From: Fimbriimonadales bacterium
GTDB lineage: Bacteria > Armatimonadota > Fimbriimonadia > Fimbriimonadales > ATM1
DNA length: 64,000 nucleotides
Assembly: GCA_041744215.1 (NCBI GenBank)
Contig: JBGTLG010000015.1
Coordinates: 64,001-128,000 of the forward strand
Reading direction: 5' to 3'
The translations under genes and the position numbers were made by a program. Positions within the stretch are counted from its first letter, which is position 1; each line of letters opens with the position of its first letter. Positions 9,607 through 19,554 of this stretch are shown here, one piece after another. Below the pieces are notes generated by a model. That model had not been told where the DNA came from, did not search any database, and saw only the letters and a program-made list of their open reading frames with translations.

Positions 9607-10225
9607 CGATTGGTGATGCCGATAAGTGAGATGTGTCATCAAATCGAACGAGCCTTCGCCTCCCATTTGAAAAAACACGAACTTCACTGATCGAGCAGTT
9701 ACGTATCCGAAACGTGTTGGCCGTCGACGGCATTCCGCCTATCATGACCGCAAGAAACGCTGACAGCGTTCCACCGTGCGAAACGACAAGCACATTCCCC
9801 CTGGAATGTTTCGCGAGCAGATCGTGAACAAAGTAGCCAACTCTGCAAAACACATCAATCCCAGATTCCCCCTCGGGCGGCGAAAGCACCGTTGGGTCTG
9901 CGTGGTAGGTTTCAAACAACTCAGGATGAGTCCGCTTCGCATCGTCTTGTGTCACCCCTTCCCACAAACCGTAGTTGCGCTCCTTAAGCCGATCATCAAG
10001 AATGGGCTCCAGCCCAACCCGAGGGCGCAAGTGAGGGAGAGTTTGTATCGCCCTCTGCATCGGACTGCAATAAATCGCATCGAACTCTTCTTCTCGTAGA
10101 GCGGCAGCTAAGTCCTCCGCCTGCGCCATCCCAGTCGCATCGAGAGGTATGTCGGCATGCCCCTGATTTCGCCCTGAAAGGTTCCACTCGGTTTGACCGT
10201 GACGCACGGCGAGGATACGGAGCAT
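9572..10225 (-). CDS. Histidine phosphatase (phosphoglycerate mutase family)
   Basis: VRHGQTEWN, SPMQRA, ERNYGLWEG, PEGES, VSHGG. Confidence 0.92.
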   Translation of the reverse strand: MLRILAVRHGQTEWNLSGRNQGHADIPLDATGMAQAEDLAAALREEEFDAIYCSPMQRAIQTLPHLRPRVGLEPILDDRLKERNYGLWEGVTQDDAKRTHPELFETYHADPTVLSPPEGESGIDVFCRVGYFVHDLLAKHSRGNVLVVSHGGTLSAFLAVMIGGMPSTANTFRIRNCSISEVRVFSNGRRRLVRFDDTSHLSASPIDAYSGVSVAGR

Positions 10226-10232
10226 GATTCGG

Positions 10233-11183
10233 TTATACCTGCCACCGACGAACCTCTCCGATCTCGTTACCCAAGTCGTCCGTTTTCCACAATCCCAGAT
10301 GGAGCGCGAACACCGGGGCTAGATCCTTAGAGGATGACTCAACAACCAGAACACATTCTTCGAGCTTTGAAGCGACGACTCTCGCGATTGCAAAATGTTC
10401 TCCATGAGAGTTCTCCAAACCCACGATTAGACCGGCAAAAGCCCGAGGATGAACCAGGTGTGCATCCCGACACCCGAACCGATCTGTACACGCGGTCACA
10501 GCGCTCGGGTCTGGTTCGCCACGAGTGACCACGTAAAGCGTTCGACTGTCGACCTCACCATAGACAGCTTCATTCAGTCCCATCGCACGAAGCTCCTCCA
10601 GCTCGCCGGTTTCGAGTGCCAAACCTGATCCTATTCGCGCGCCCACAACTCGCGCAGTCCTTATGGAAACCTCGTGTTGATGCCCGTCCCCTAAGTAACT
10701 CCTGATTGCAGCTCTCCGTTGCGCATTAGTCGATGACGGGCTTCGCGTGTCGGATGCGCCCTCAGGCGCCCGAACCTCGAATTCGCAACCGTGTTGTGCA
10801 CACATCAACCAATCCAAACCTTCGATCCCGGTCGAAACCACCCGGCCTGGACCAAGTGATGTAACCACGTGACGGTACAAATGAACAGGCACCGCCGACA
10901 GCGACGCGATAGGCATTTCAACGACAAGACCAGCATCAGCCGATTGTGCCTTAGCCCACCGAATCGCGTCGAGAGCCTCAAGCGGTGCCCGCTGCAGATG
11001 CATGGTCCCAATGAAACGAAATCCCGATTGATGATTCCCAGGCGCACACAAGTCAGCGCTTCCAAGAGGTCCAAACTGCGGCGATGCGGGCGAAAGGTTG
11101 AGCCACCACGCTCCGGCTTCACACAGCTCGCGCGCGATCCCCGATTTGCCGGAATTGGCCGGCCCCACAATCAGCGTTGTCAT
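10233..11183 (-). CDS. Clp1-like P-loop protein, degenerate
   Basis: N-terminal IVGPANSGKS, PQFGP segment, FRFIG, RRAAIRSY helix and GLIVGL beta tail follow the Clp1/Nol9 layout. Confidence 0.55.
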   Translation of the reverse strand: MTTLIVGPANSGKSGIARELCEAGAWWLNLSPASPQFGPLGSADLCAPGNHQSGFRFIGTMHLQRAPLEALDAIRWAKAQSADAGLVVEMPIASLSAVPVHLYRHVVTSLGPGRVVSTGIEGLDWLMCAQHGCEFEVRAPEGASDTRSPSSTNAQRRAAIRSYLGDGHQHEVSIRTARVVGARIGSGLALETGELEELRAMGLNEAVYGEVDSRTLYVVTRGEPDPSAVTACTDRFGCRDAHLVHPRAFAGLIVGLENSHGEHFAIARVVASKLEECVLVVESSSKDLAPVFALHLGLWKTDDLGNEIGEVRRWQV

Positions 11184-11246
11184 CCGCAGCCTGCTTACCC
11201 CAAAAGCTCAATCCCACCTTCGGTATACTCCCACTTCTCCCCCCGT

Positions 11247-11323
11247 CGGGGCGTGGCTCAGCATGGTAGAGCGCTGCGTTCGGGACGCAGAGGTCGGCAG
11301 TTCAAATCTGCCCGCCCCGACCA
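11247..11323 (+). tRNA. tRNA-Pro (anticodon CGG)
   Basis: Acceptor stem CGGGGCG/CGCCCCG, anticodon arm CTGCG-TTCGGGA-CGCAG, T-loop GTTCAAATC, encoded CCA end. TATACT -10 at 11224-11229. Confidence 0.97.
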
Positions 11324-11351
11324 TTCCTCCCGTGTGCCATACTCCCTTCAA

Positions 11352-11455
11352 CTCGTGATGTTCGCGCTTTCGTGGGCGGATGAAACATGGGGAAAGTCCG
11401 GTGAAACTCCGGCGCTGTGCCGCAACGGTTAAAGCCCGAATGCCCGCTTCGCGAG
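11352..11455 (+). ncRNA. Cobalamin riboswitch aptamer (compact, class II-like)
   Basis: GGGAAAGT-CCGGTGAAACTCCGG-CGCTGTGCCGCAACGGTTAAAGCCCGAATGCCCGC core, closed by CTCGTGA/TCGCGAG. Own -10 CATACT at 11338-11343. Downstream SD-sequestering hairpin at 11531-11556. Confidence 0.9.
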
Positions 11456-11559
11456 AAAACTCGGTCACCTACGAGCATAGGTGGAGCGGGACGGCCGTAG
11501 GCCATCTCCTCTCCTCCCCTTTTCTCGAAGATGACCTCTAACACATTCGAGGTCATAAA

Positions 11560-12339
11560 ATGAAAGATAAACGAAGCGCATTCACGCTCATCGAACTTCT
11601 GGTTGTCATCGCTATCATTGCAATCCTGGCGGCGATCCTCTTCCCTGTCTTTGCCCGGGCCAAAGAATCCGCGAAGAAGACGACATCGATGTCAAACGTT
11701 CGCCAAATCTCGATCGCTTGGCAAATGTACAACGGCGATTATGACGACACCATCATGCGTGCGCACGTACACTCTCCCGACAAAACTTACTTCTGGTGGG
11801 GCAGTTGGGATGGCACAGCCCTCGATGAGAGAGAAGGCACACTTTATCCGTATGTCGGATCTAAGGGTATCCAATCGGACCCGTCATTCCCGATGACACT
11901 GCGAACCGAATTGGGTTTGACGGGCTTCGGATACAACTACGCGTACCTCAGTCCATCAGATTTTCTCCCGCCAACGTGGGAAGAAACCGCAATACCGGTG
12001 AAGCTAAGCCAGCTTGAATCGCCATCTGAAACAATGAACTTCGCAAGCGCAGCACGAATAAACATCTGGTCGCACCCAAACCCGACTTTGGAAGGAAACA
12101 CTTACATTGACCCACCATCTTACGACTACCCAGGCTTCCAAGGAAGGCACAACAGATTCGGCGTCGTCGCCTGGTGCGATGGTCATGCGAAAGCTTACCG
12201 ACCGACAATCCGCCGCGGCTCGTTCGGTTATGGCTTTAACGGTGCTGACTTCGAGCGACACAATCTTGGAGATCTCATTTCCCACGACTGCCCCATCGGT
12301 AGCGAATGCCAGGACCAGTACTACTCACTAACTAAGTAA
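11560..12339 (+). CDS. Prepilin-type N-terminal cleavage/methylation protein with H-X9-DG motif, downstream of B12 riboswitch
   Basis: [39 protein letters not shown]-terminal [16 protein letters not shown]. Confidence 0.92.
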   Translation: MKDKRSAFTLIELLVVIAIIAILAAILFPVFARAKESAKKTTSMSNVRQISIAWQMYNGDYDDTIMRAHVHSPDKTYFWWGSWDGTALDEREGTLYPYVGSKGIQSDPSFPMTLRTELGLTGFGYNYAYLSPSDFLPPTWEETAIPVKLSQLESPSETMNFASAARINIWSHPNPTLEGNTYIDPPSYDYPGFQGRHNRFGVVAWCDGHAKAYRPTIRRGSFGYGFNGADFERHNLGDLISHDCPIGSECQDQYYSLTK

Positions 12340-12340
12340 G

Positions 12341-12373
12341 GCGGACGAGCAACGGGCAACCTCTGCTCGTTGC
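12341..12373. terminator. Hairpin between convergent genes
   Basis: GACGAGCA (12344-12351) pairs with TGCTCGTT (12364-12371); no long U-tract. Confidence 0.5.
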
Positions 12374-13912
12374 TTACCTAAACTTGGCGATCTGCGAATC
12401 AAACATACTCTTAAGCTCACGCGCTTTCGAGTCGTACGCTTCCTTATCACTCCAAGTCTCGCGAGGGTTCAACACTGTATTCGGCACGCCAGGACAAGAC
12501 TGCGGCACGGCGAAGCCAAACACACCGTGATCCGCAAACTCGACATTATCAAGTTGTCCAGCAAGCGCCGCCTTCGCCATAGCCCGTGTATGGTGGATGT
12601 TCATTCGGCTTCCAACGCCGTATGGCCCACCCGTCCAACCCGTATTGACCAACCACACCCTCGCGCCATGCTTTCGGATCTTCTCGCCGAGCATATCCGC
12701 ATACACCTTCGGTCGAAGCGGCAAAAATGGAGCACCGAAGCAAGTGCTAAACGTCGCCTGCGGCTCCTTTACTCCTGCTTCCGTTCCCGCGACTTTAGCC
12801 GTGTAGCCCAGCAAGAACTGCTCCATCGCTTGCTCTTCCGTCAGCCGGCTGATAGGCGGCAACACGCCAAATGCATCCGCAGTCAGAAAACAGATATTCT
12901 CAGGATGACCTCCGATACTCGGCGCCACCGCATTATCAATGAAATCCACCGGATAAGAACACCGCGTGTTCTCGGTGATTGATCCGTCGTCATAATCCGG
13001 CGATCGATCTCCGCGCAAAACAACATTCTCCAATACGGACCCAAATCGTATCGCATTCCAAATCTGTGGCTCGGCATCCTTGCTCAGGTGGATGCACTTT
13101 GCGTAACACCCGCCTTCAAAGTTGAAAACACCATGGTCGGACCAGCCGTGCTCATCGTCGCCAATCAGCCGCCGATCAGGATCTGCGCTGAGAGTCGTCT
13201 TCCCCGTACCGCTCAAACCGAAAAACAACGCAGTGTCGCCATTCGCGCCAATGTTGGCAGAGCAATGCATGCTCAAAACATCCTGCAAAGGAAGGAGGTA
13301 GTTCAGAATCGTAAACACCGACTTCTTCATCTCGCCGGCGTACTGCGTCCCTCCGATCATCACCAGCTTTTGCGCAAAGTTTAAGAGAATGAACGCTCCG
13401 CTCTTGGTTCCATCCACTGCAGGGTCAGCATGAAACTCGGATACGTCGATGATGGTCCAATCAGGCTCATATGTCTCCAGCTCTTCAACCGTCGGACGTA
13501 GTAACAGCGTCTTGATGAATAGCGCGTGCCAAGCCTTCTCCACAATAAATCGCGCACGTATTCGGTAGACAGGATCCGCTCCTCCAAAGGTGTCCACGAC
13601 ATACAGCTCTTTCTCCCGAATGTAAGCGTCGACCTTCACCTTCAGCGCATCGAACTTCGATGCATCGAACTCGGCGTTGTTCTCCCACCAAATGTTCCCT
13701 TCGCTCGACGCCTCGCGAACGACGTGCTTGTCTTTGGGTGTCCGACCTGTGTACTTGCCCGTCCTCGTGACCAGCGCTCCGTTGTCGGCGAGCACTCCCT
13801 CCGAGCGACGAATCGCATGCTCCACCAACTCGGCCGAAGGCAAGTTCGTGTAGACAACCTTGGCCTTGGATAAATCGAAGTGCGCTGAGTTTGGACGTGT
13901 CGTTGTTGCCAA
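12374..13912 (-). CDS. pckA: Phosphoenolpyruvate carboxykinase (ATP)
   Basis: [51 protein letters not shown]. Confidence 0.97.
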   Translation of the reverse strand: MATTTRPNSAHFDLSKAKVVYTNLPSAELVEHAIRRSEGVLADNGALVTRTGKYTGRTPKDKHVVREASSEGNIWWENNAEFDASKFDALKVKVDAYIREKELYVVDTFGGADPVYRIRARFIVEKAWHALFIKTLLLRPTVEELETYEPDWTIIDVSEFHADPAVDGTKSGAFILLNFAQKLVMIGGTQYAGEMKKSVFTILNYLLPLQDVLSMHCSANIGANGDTALFFGLSGTGKTTLSADPDRRLIGDDEHGWSDHGVFNFEGGCYAKCIHLSKDAEPQIWNAIRFGSVLENVVLRGDRSPDYDDGSITENTRCSYPVDFIDNAVAPSIGGHPENICFLTADAFGVLPPISRLTEEQAMEQFLLGYTAKVAGTEAGVKEPQATFSTCFGAPFLPLRPKVYADMLGEKIRKHGARVWLVNTGWTGGPYGVGSRMNIHHTRAMAKAALAGQLDNVEFADHGVFGFAVPQSCPGVPNTVLNPRETWSDKEAYDSKARELKSMFDSQIAKFR

Positions 13913-14061
13913 AACGGGATCTCCTTTGATCTTCGTCCACCGCCCCCAAATGCGCCAACAGAACTGGTCGCGGCAGGTGAACAGGCTGATGCGATTCTAC
14001 CCGTCCCACACGGGGCCGCCAACCTCGCAACCCCAACTGCTCGAAGTCCCGTCACACGGGG

Positions 14062-15366
14062 TCACATCTTTGCAGAAAGGGCCGCAGCAGCAGTCTCCCG
14101 AACCTCCGGTGATCGGCTCTCAAGAGCAGCCTCGAGCGCAGACCTCGCCTCAGGGTAGTCCAACATACCAAGCGACCTCGCGGACGCGACGGCGTAGCGA
14201 AGCTCCTCGCCGAGCAAGAGGCGCGACAGCAGCGGAATCGCAGCGACGTCTCCAATCTGACCCAACGCGAGAACCGCTTCATCACCTAATCGCCTGTCCG
14301 TGCGCTCGATCCCCGCAATCAAGCGTGGTACCGCGCGACGGTCCCTACTCTTCCCCAAGCTGACGGAAGCCGAGTCCCGTACGAATCGGTCAGGATCATC
14401 CAATGCTCTGATCAGCCCATCGACCGCCACCCGATCCTGACGCCCACCCAAAGCACGAATACAGTCGATCTGAAAGTCCGTCTCGCGACGCATCAGTGAA
14501 GTTAAAAGCTGAGACGCCCGCTCGATCGGTGACCGTCCTAACGCGAAGATCGCCGCCCGCTTCACTCTCAGGTCGCTATCCGATAACATCGCCCTCAGCG
14601 GGCCCAATGCATCATCGCTATCAATCGGTCCCAGAGCCTTCGCAGACGCCGATCGCACGGCGGGGTTCTTGTCTCGCGAAAGTTCGACGAGCTTTTGCAG
14701 CGCCCGAGCGTCAGGAGAGGCTGAAAGCGCGCTCGCCGCTCTCGCCCTGACTTCCGGAGACAAGTCGCTCAGGTAGGCGATCAGCTGCTCGTTCGCAGCG
14801 GAGCTCTGAATCGCCTCCAATGCGACGACGGCAGCAGACCCCGCAGGGTTGTCCCGACCGACGGTGCGGGCGAGCGCCTTAGCGGCCCCAGAATCCCCGA
14901 TCAAACCCAAAGCGGTTGCGGCCGACCCCGCGAGCGACAGGTCCTCAGAGTCCAAGAGTTCAATGAGCGCGGGCGCGGCCCGGCGGTCCTTAATCCGGCC
15001 GAGGGCAGCTGCAGCTGCGATCTGCACTTCAATCGGCCCCACCTTCAGCGCGGCCATAATCGGATCGACTGCGCGCTCAGGGTCTAACTCCCGTAGAACG
15101 CGAATCGCTCCGATCCTCACCTCCGGTGCTGCGGTGCCGTCCGCGGCGATCCGCGCGGTTTCCCGCTTCCCGGGTTCCCCGCGCTCCAGAACCTCGGATA
15201 TCACTAAATCCGGAATCTCACCTGTCGCGGGCACAGTCCCCAGAGCGAGCCGTATTGCCGAGGCGTCCGCCTCGCTCATCTCAGTCGAAGTCGAGCGACC
15301 ACACGCCAACGCGAACGCCGACATGAGCAAGAGTGCGACTGTTGCTCGACTAAGTTTTCCTGACAT
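14062..15366 (-). CDS. HEAT-repeat lipoprotein
   Basis: Lipobox-like ALA-C; many VR..AA.ALG repeats. Confidence 0.85.
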   Translation of the reverse strand: MSGKLSRATVALLLMSAFALACGRSTSTEMSEADASAIRLALGTVPATGEIPDLVISEVLERGEPGKRETARIAADGTAAPEVRIGAIRVLRELDPERAVDPIMAALKVGPIEVQIAAAAALGRIKDRRAAPALIELLDSEDLSLAGSAATALGLIGDSGAAKALARTVGRDNPAGSAAVVALEAIQSSAANEQLIAYLSDLSPEVRARAASALSASPDARALQKLVELSRDKNPAVRSASAKALGPIDSDDALGPLRAMLSDSDLRVKRAAIFALGRSPIERASQLLTSLMRRETDFQIDCIRALGGRQDRVAVDGLIRALDDPDRFVRDSASVSLGKSRDRRAVPRLIAGIERTDRRLGDEAVLALGQIGDVAAIPLLSRLLLGEELRYAVASARSLGMLDYPEARSALEAALESRSPEVRETAAAALSAKM

Positions 15367-15462
15367 CTACGCGTGCTTCACCTACAAAGACGGATCTGAC
15401 GAGCAAAATGGAGGCGTTGCAGCCTCACTCGCCCGAACTCCCACAAAGGTAATCTTCCAACA

Positions 15463-16425
15463 ATGCTTGAAACCATGCGGGAAACCCTTTGCCAGGAGGC
15501 GGAAGAGATCCTGAACCTGTCTCGACGCCTTGACGATCAGTTTGTTACCGCCGCCACCTGGTTGCTTGAGTGTACCGGCCGAGTGGCGACGACTGGGATC
15601 GGAAAGGCGGGCGATATCGCGAAGAAGTCGAGCAGCACCCTCAGCAGCACAGGGACCCCATCGCTCTTTCTTCACCCATCAGAAGCCTTGCATGGCGATC
15701 TCGGCATGATCCAAAAGGCCGACGTGGTACTCATGTTCACGAACAGCGGCGAAACCGAGGAGATCCTACGCCTGTTCCCGCCACTCAGGCAAATCGGCGC
15801 GAAAGCAATCTTGATCACTGGAAGGCCGGATAGCACCGCCGCCAAGAACAGTGATCTCGTCCTCGATGCGTCTGTCACAAGGGAGGCTTGCCCCTATAAT
15901 CTGGCCCCCACAACGAGCACCACAGTCATGCTTGCCCTGTCCGATGCGCTCGCGCTCGCCGTCATGAAATCGAGAGACTTTCGCCAAGAAGACTACGCCC
16001 TTTACCACCCCAGCGGGTCACTCGGCAGACGACTGCTCCTCAAAGTCGCGGATGCGATGCGCAGCGGCGACGACGTGGCAATCGTCCGGCCCGACTCGCT
16101 ACTCCCCGACGTCCTTCGCGCGATTACCAAAGCTGGCGCGGGTGCAGCAATCGTGGCCGACGAAGACAGCCGACTTATTGGGCTGATCACCGACGGCGAC
16201 GTCAGGCGTTATCTGGCTGGCCACCCGACTCAGTTTCTCGAAAGCACTGCAAATCAAGTGATGACTTCGAATCCCAAAACGGTTGACGCCAAAATGTTAG
16301 CTGTAGAAGCCCTTGAACTCTTTGAAAGCCTCCCCCACAAGATTGGTGAGATTCCCGTTGTCGCTGATGGAAAGGTCGCTGGACTGGTGATGCTAAAGGA
16401 TCTAGTTAGGCTCGGCCTAACTTAA
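15463..16425 (+). CDS. kdsD: KpsF/GutQ arabinose-5-phosphate isomerase (SIS domain + CBS pair)
   Basis: TGIGKAG, HPSEALHGDLG, REACPYNLAPTTSTT, HPSGSLG, ITDGD. Confidence 0.92.
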   Translation: MLETMRETLCQEAEEILNLSRRLDDQFVTAATWLLECTGRVATTGIGKAGDIAKKSSSTLSSTGTPSLFLHPSEALHGDLGMIQKADVVLMFTNSGETEEILRLFPPLRQIGAKAILITGRPDSTAAKNSDLVLDASVTREACPYNLAPTTSTTVMLALSDALALAVMKSRDFRQEDYALYHPSGSLGRRLLLKVADAMRSGDDVAIVRPDSLLPDVLRAITKAGAGAAIVADEDSRLIGLITDGDVRRYLAGHPTQFLESTANQVMTSNPKTVDAKMLAVEALELFESLPHKIGEIPVVADGKVAGLVMLKDLVRLGLT

Positions 16426-16483
16426 ACGCCGCAGGGCCGATCCGATGGGATCGACCCTGCACACGGTTCCTGCAAGTTGGAAC

Positions 16484-17470
16484 TTACTTCACTCCGGCCT
16501 TGCTCATCGCAGTCCGCATGTCGTCCAAGAGCGCCATGCCCTTGTAGCCGACCACCTTGTGAACTTCCGTTCCGTCCGGTTTCAGGAACCGAAGGTCGGG
16601 AATGCCGCTCACGCCGTACTGCCGCGCGAGGCCTGACTGATCGTCAGTGTCAATATCAACGAACACGAAGTACTTGCCCATCGCCTTGAACTCTTCAGTC
16701 GGGAAGACGTTGCGCTTGTACATCTGGCACGGGCCGCACCAGGTCGCGTTGAAGTCGAGGAAGACCATCCGGTTGGTCGCCTTAGCGACCTTAAGACCTT
16801 CGTCGAGGTTGTAGTACCACTTCGTAAGGTCTCCGGCGGAGATTTCAACCTTCTTGGCATCGGCTGGCAATGTGCCCAGCGCGAAGACGCCCGCGTCAAA
16901 AGCTTCGCTGCCGATTTTCAGGTCACTCGCTATAACGAGAGTGGTCGCAGTCACGCCATTCTTCGCTAACTTGAACTCGGCGCCACGAGCCACGTGCTCT
17001 TTCGTATCCATGAACACGGTTGTTTCGCCATGCTCCCCGGCAATTTTCACCTCAGTAACAGGAGTGCCCTTCATCGAGATCTTTTGCCCAACGGTCGCAT
17101 TGCGAAGGCCTTTGAACTGATCGGGATAGAAGAAAGCTGCCCACACGAGGAGCTCATCTGACTTCACGGAGTCCAAAAGTTTTCGAGCGTCTCCTGTTCC
17201 CAAGATGTACTCGTTTCGGCTCTTGTCGTATTCAGCGTACTTCTCGCCGTCTGACAGGTAGATGTTTGTAGGCGTCTCAACGCGAATAAAGCCAGGCTTG
17301 CTGAGCTCCATCGTATACGTCTGAGGCGCGGCTGGTAGGTTGGCAACGGTGAACGTCACCTTCAGGGACTTCGCAGCTTGAAGAGCTGCGGTATGCTTGG
17401 CCAATAGATCGGTTCCGCTACCCTGCGCAAGGAGCGTTACAGCGATTCCGGCCGTCAACATAAGGCTCAT
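16484..17470 (-). CDS. Exported LolA-like/thioredoxin fusion protein
   Basis: ATG 17470 after GAGGAG; signal peptide; LSKPGFIRVE..YLSDGEKYAEYD (LolA-like); C-terminal WCGPC thioredoxin with GIP. Confidence 0.8.
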   Translation of the reverse strand: MSLMLTAGIAVTLLAQGSGTDLLAKHTAALQAAKSLKVTFTVANLPAAPQTYTMELSKPGFIRVETPTNIYLSDGEKYAEYDKSRNEYILGTGDARKLLDSVKSDELLVWAAFFYPDQFKGLRNATVGQKISMKGTPVTEVKIAGEHGETTVFMDTKEHVARGAEFKLAKNGVTATTLVIASDLKIGSEAFDAGVFALGTLPADAKKVEISAGDLTKWYYNLDEGLKVAKATNRMVFLDFNATWCGPCQMYKRNVFPTEEFKAMGKYFVFVDIDTDDQSGLARQYGVSGIPDLRFLKPDGTEVHKVVGYKGMALLDDMRTAMSKAGVK

Positions 17471-17586
17471 TTGATTCCTCCTACTTTGGGATATCCCATT
17501 GATATAGTACACCATAGGAGGGGTCTGGGTTCCCACGACCTCCTAGGAAGGACAGAGCGATCCCTTCGTCGAAACTGGATTACCTG

Positions 17587-18918
17587 GTGAACCCGGGGCG
17601 CGCCTTACTGGCTGTATTGTCGATTTACGTTCTCCTCGCGATAGCCTATATAGACGTAACGCCGTACAGGACAGCAGGCTATCTCCCCTTCCAGACCGAA
17701 GGAATCCAAAAGGATATCGGAGCCCCAGACGAGTGGCAGCACACCAACTACGTCCGATACATCGTGGCTGAGCGCGACTTCCCTCAGTTTGGCGACTCTA
17801 CTCGGGACTTCTACGATCATTACCAGTCCCATCAGCCCCCCGCGTATTACCTGCTCTGCGCTCCGCTCGCCGCCCTAACTGCCGGTAACGAGGAGGCGGA
17901 AAAGTGGGCGCTCCGACTCGTGAACGTCCTTCTGGGAGCGCTGCTCCTCCTGTGCGTGTTCAAAGGCGTCATCGCATTCACGGATAACCCATGGGCCGGC
18001 GCGCTCGCCTCTGCGTTCGCTGGCTTGCTGCCCATGTTCATCGCTCTCTCGTCCGCGGTCACAAATGACGTTGCCCTATACCTCGTCATCACAGCCACGA
18101 TGTGGCGGATCGGGTCTTCGCTTCGTGACGGGTGGACTCTGTCGAGCGCGGCCGGCCTCGGCCTCCTCCTGGGCGTAGGAGTCCTCACGAAGTCTGGAGC
18201 CCTGGTTGTTTGGCCGGTCGCACTCGTTGGATTAATCGCATTCCGGGGTTCACGCGCAACTTGGATTCAATGCACGGTTGCGATTTCTATCGCAGTTGCT
18301 GCCGCGCTGCCGTGGCTGCTTAGGAACCATGCCCTGTACGGGGATATCCTTGGCTACCGCATCTTCCAAGAGACATTCAAGACGCTCCCAGCTGACACCC
18401 TAATCGAGCGCATGGGTACATTCGGATACTGGTACGAAGCAGTCGGCTTGCGGGCCCTCTGGTCGTGGTGGGGCATATTCGGTTACTTCCAAATCACTCT
18501 CCACCCTCTTGCTATCTACGACACGCTGACGGTGCTCTTCCTTTTGACCATCGCCGGCCACCTCGCCAGAAAGTGGCGGGCGGTCTCGCAAGGCGAGTTG
18601 AGAATGCACCTGCTGAACGGCATACTTATCGCGGCCGTAGTCGCCACCTTCGTCCGATTCAACACCGTCTACTACCAGGCTCAGGCGCGATACCTCTACC
18701 CGGCACTGTTTGCGGTGGCGGGTGGGTTCGCCTGCGGAGCGCTCGGGTGGTCGGAGCGATTCACTCAAAAGAGCGGACAAAGTCGCGGCAGGTTGATCTG
18801 GCTCGTCTCTGCGCCGCTGCTCGTTGCGCTCTTGCTCGTGAACCTGTACGCGGTGTTTGGCGCGCTTCCTTCCGGCTTCGAACTCTTGCAGCGGTCTCCC
18901 GATACTGTGCAACCGTGA
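17587..18918 (+). CDS. GT-C / family 39-like membrane glycosyltransferase (DUF2142-like)
   Basis: APDE..H, HQPPAYY, VTND, LTK, QARYLYP; many TM helices. Confidence 0.78.
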   Translation: MNPGRALLAVLSIYVLLAIAYIDVTPYRTAGYLPFQTEGIQKDIGAPDEWQHTNYVRYIVAERDFPQFGDSTRDFYDHYQSHQPPAYYLLCAPLAALTAGNEEAEKWALRLVNVLLGALLLLCVFKGVIAFTDNPWAGALASAFAGLLPMFIALSSAVTNDVALYLVITATMWRIGSSLRDGWTLSSAAGLGLLLGVGVLTKSGALVVWPVALVGLIAFRGSRATWIQCTVAISIAVAAALPWLLRNHALYGDILGYRIFQETFKTLPADTLIERMGTFGYWYEAVGLRALWSWWGIFGYFQITLHPLAIYDTLTVLFLLTIAGHLARKWRAVSQGELRMHLLNGILIAAVVATFVRFNTVYYQAQARYLYPALFAVAGGFACGALGWSERFTQKSGQSRGRLIWLVSAPLLVALLLVNLYAVFGALPSGFELLQRSPDTVQP

Positions 18919-19002
18919 AGGAAGCTCGCGCCAGCGCGGCGAAATAGAGTTGCCAATGATGCCAAACCACCGGGAACCGCCCTCATTGGGGATGTTTGTC
19001 TG

Positions 19003-19554
19003 ATGGCGTACTGGATCACGGCTGGCATAGTTGCCATTGCCCTCTTGATTTGGGCATACAATGCTCTCGCTCGAATGCGCAATGTAGTGCGTAACGCCTG
19101 GAGCGACATTGACGTCCAGCTCAAACGCCGTGCCGACCTGATTCCCAACATCGTCGAAACGACAAAGGGCTACTCCGGCTTCGAGCGGGACACTTTGGAA
19201 GCCGTCGTGCGCGCCAGAACGGAAGCAGAGTCTGGATCGCATTCGCCCTCCGAGCGTGCTCGGAAGGAAGACCAGCTTGGGCAGCGTGTGACCCAAATCA
19301 TAGCGGTCGCAGAAAAGTATCCCGAGCTAAAAGCAAGCGCTCAATTCCTGCGGCTTCAAGAAGAGCTGGCGATCACCGAGAACAACATCGCGAGCGCCAG
19401 AAGGTACTACAATGCCGCGACGCGAGACCTCAACACAATGCTGGACTCGTTCCCGCTTGGCTGGATCGGTGCGCTCTTCCGATTCCGGAAAGAAGAATTC
19501 TTCTCCGTTGACACACCCGACGAGCGCGAATCTCCGAGCGCAAAAATGAACTAA
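19003..19554 (+). CDS. lemA: LemA family protein
   Basis: NAWSDIDVQLKRRADLIPN, EKYPELKAS, ARRYYN. Confidence 0.95.
   Translation: MAYWITAGIVAIALLIWAYNALARMRNVVRNAWSDIDVQLKRRADLIPNIVETTKGYSGFERDTLEAVVRARTEAESGSHSPSERARKEDQLGQRVTQIIAVAEKYPELKASAQFLRLQEELAITENNIASARRYYNAATRDLNTMLDSFPLGWIGALFRFRKEEFFSVDTPDERESPSAKMN

Noticed and set aside
11247-11323. tRNA-Pro as an integration site
   Set aside because: No integrase and no duplicated tRNA 3' end noticed.
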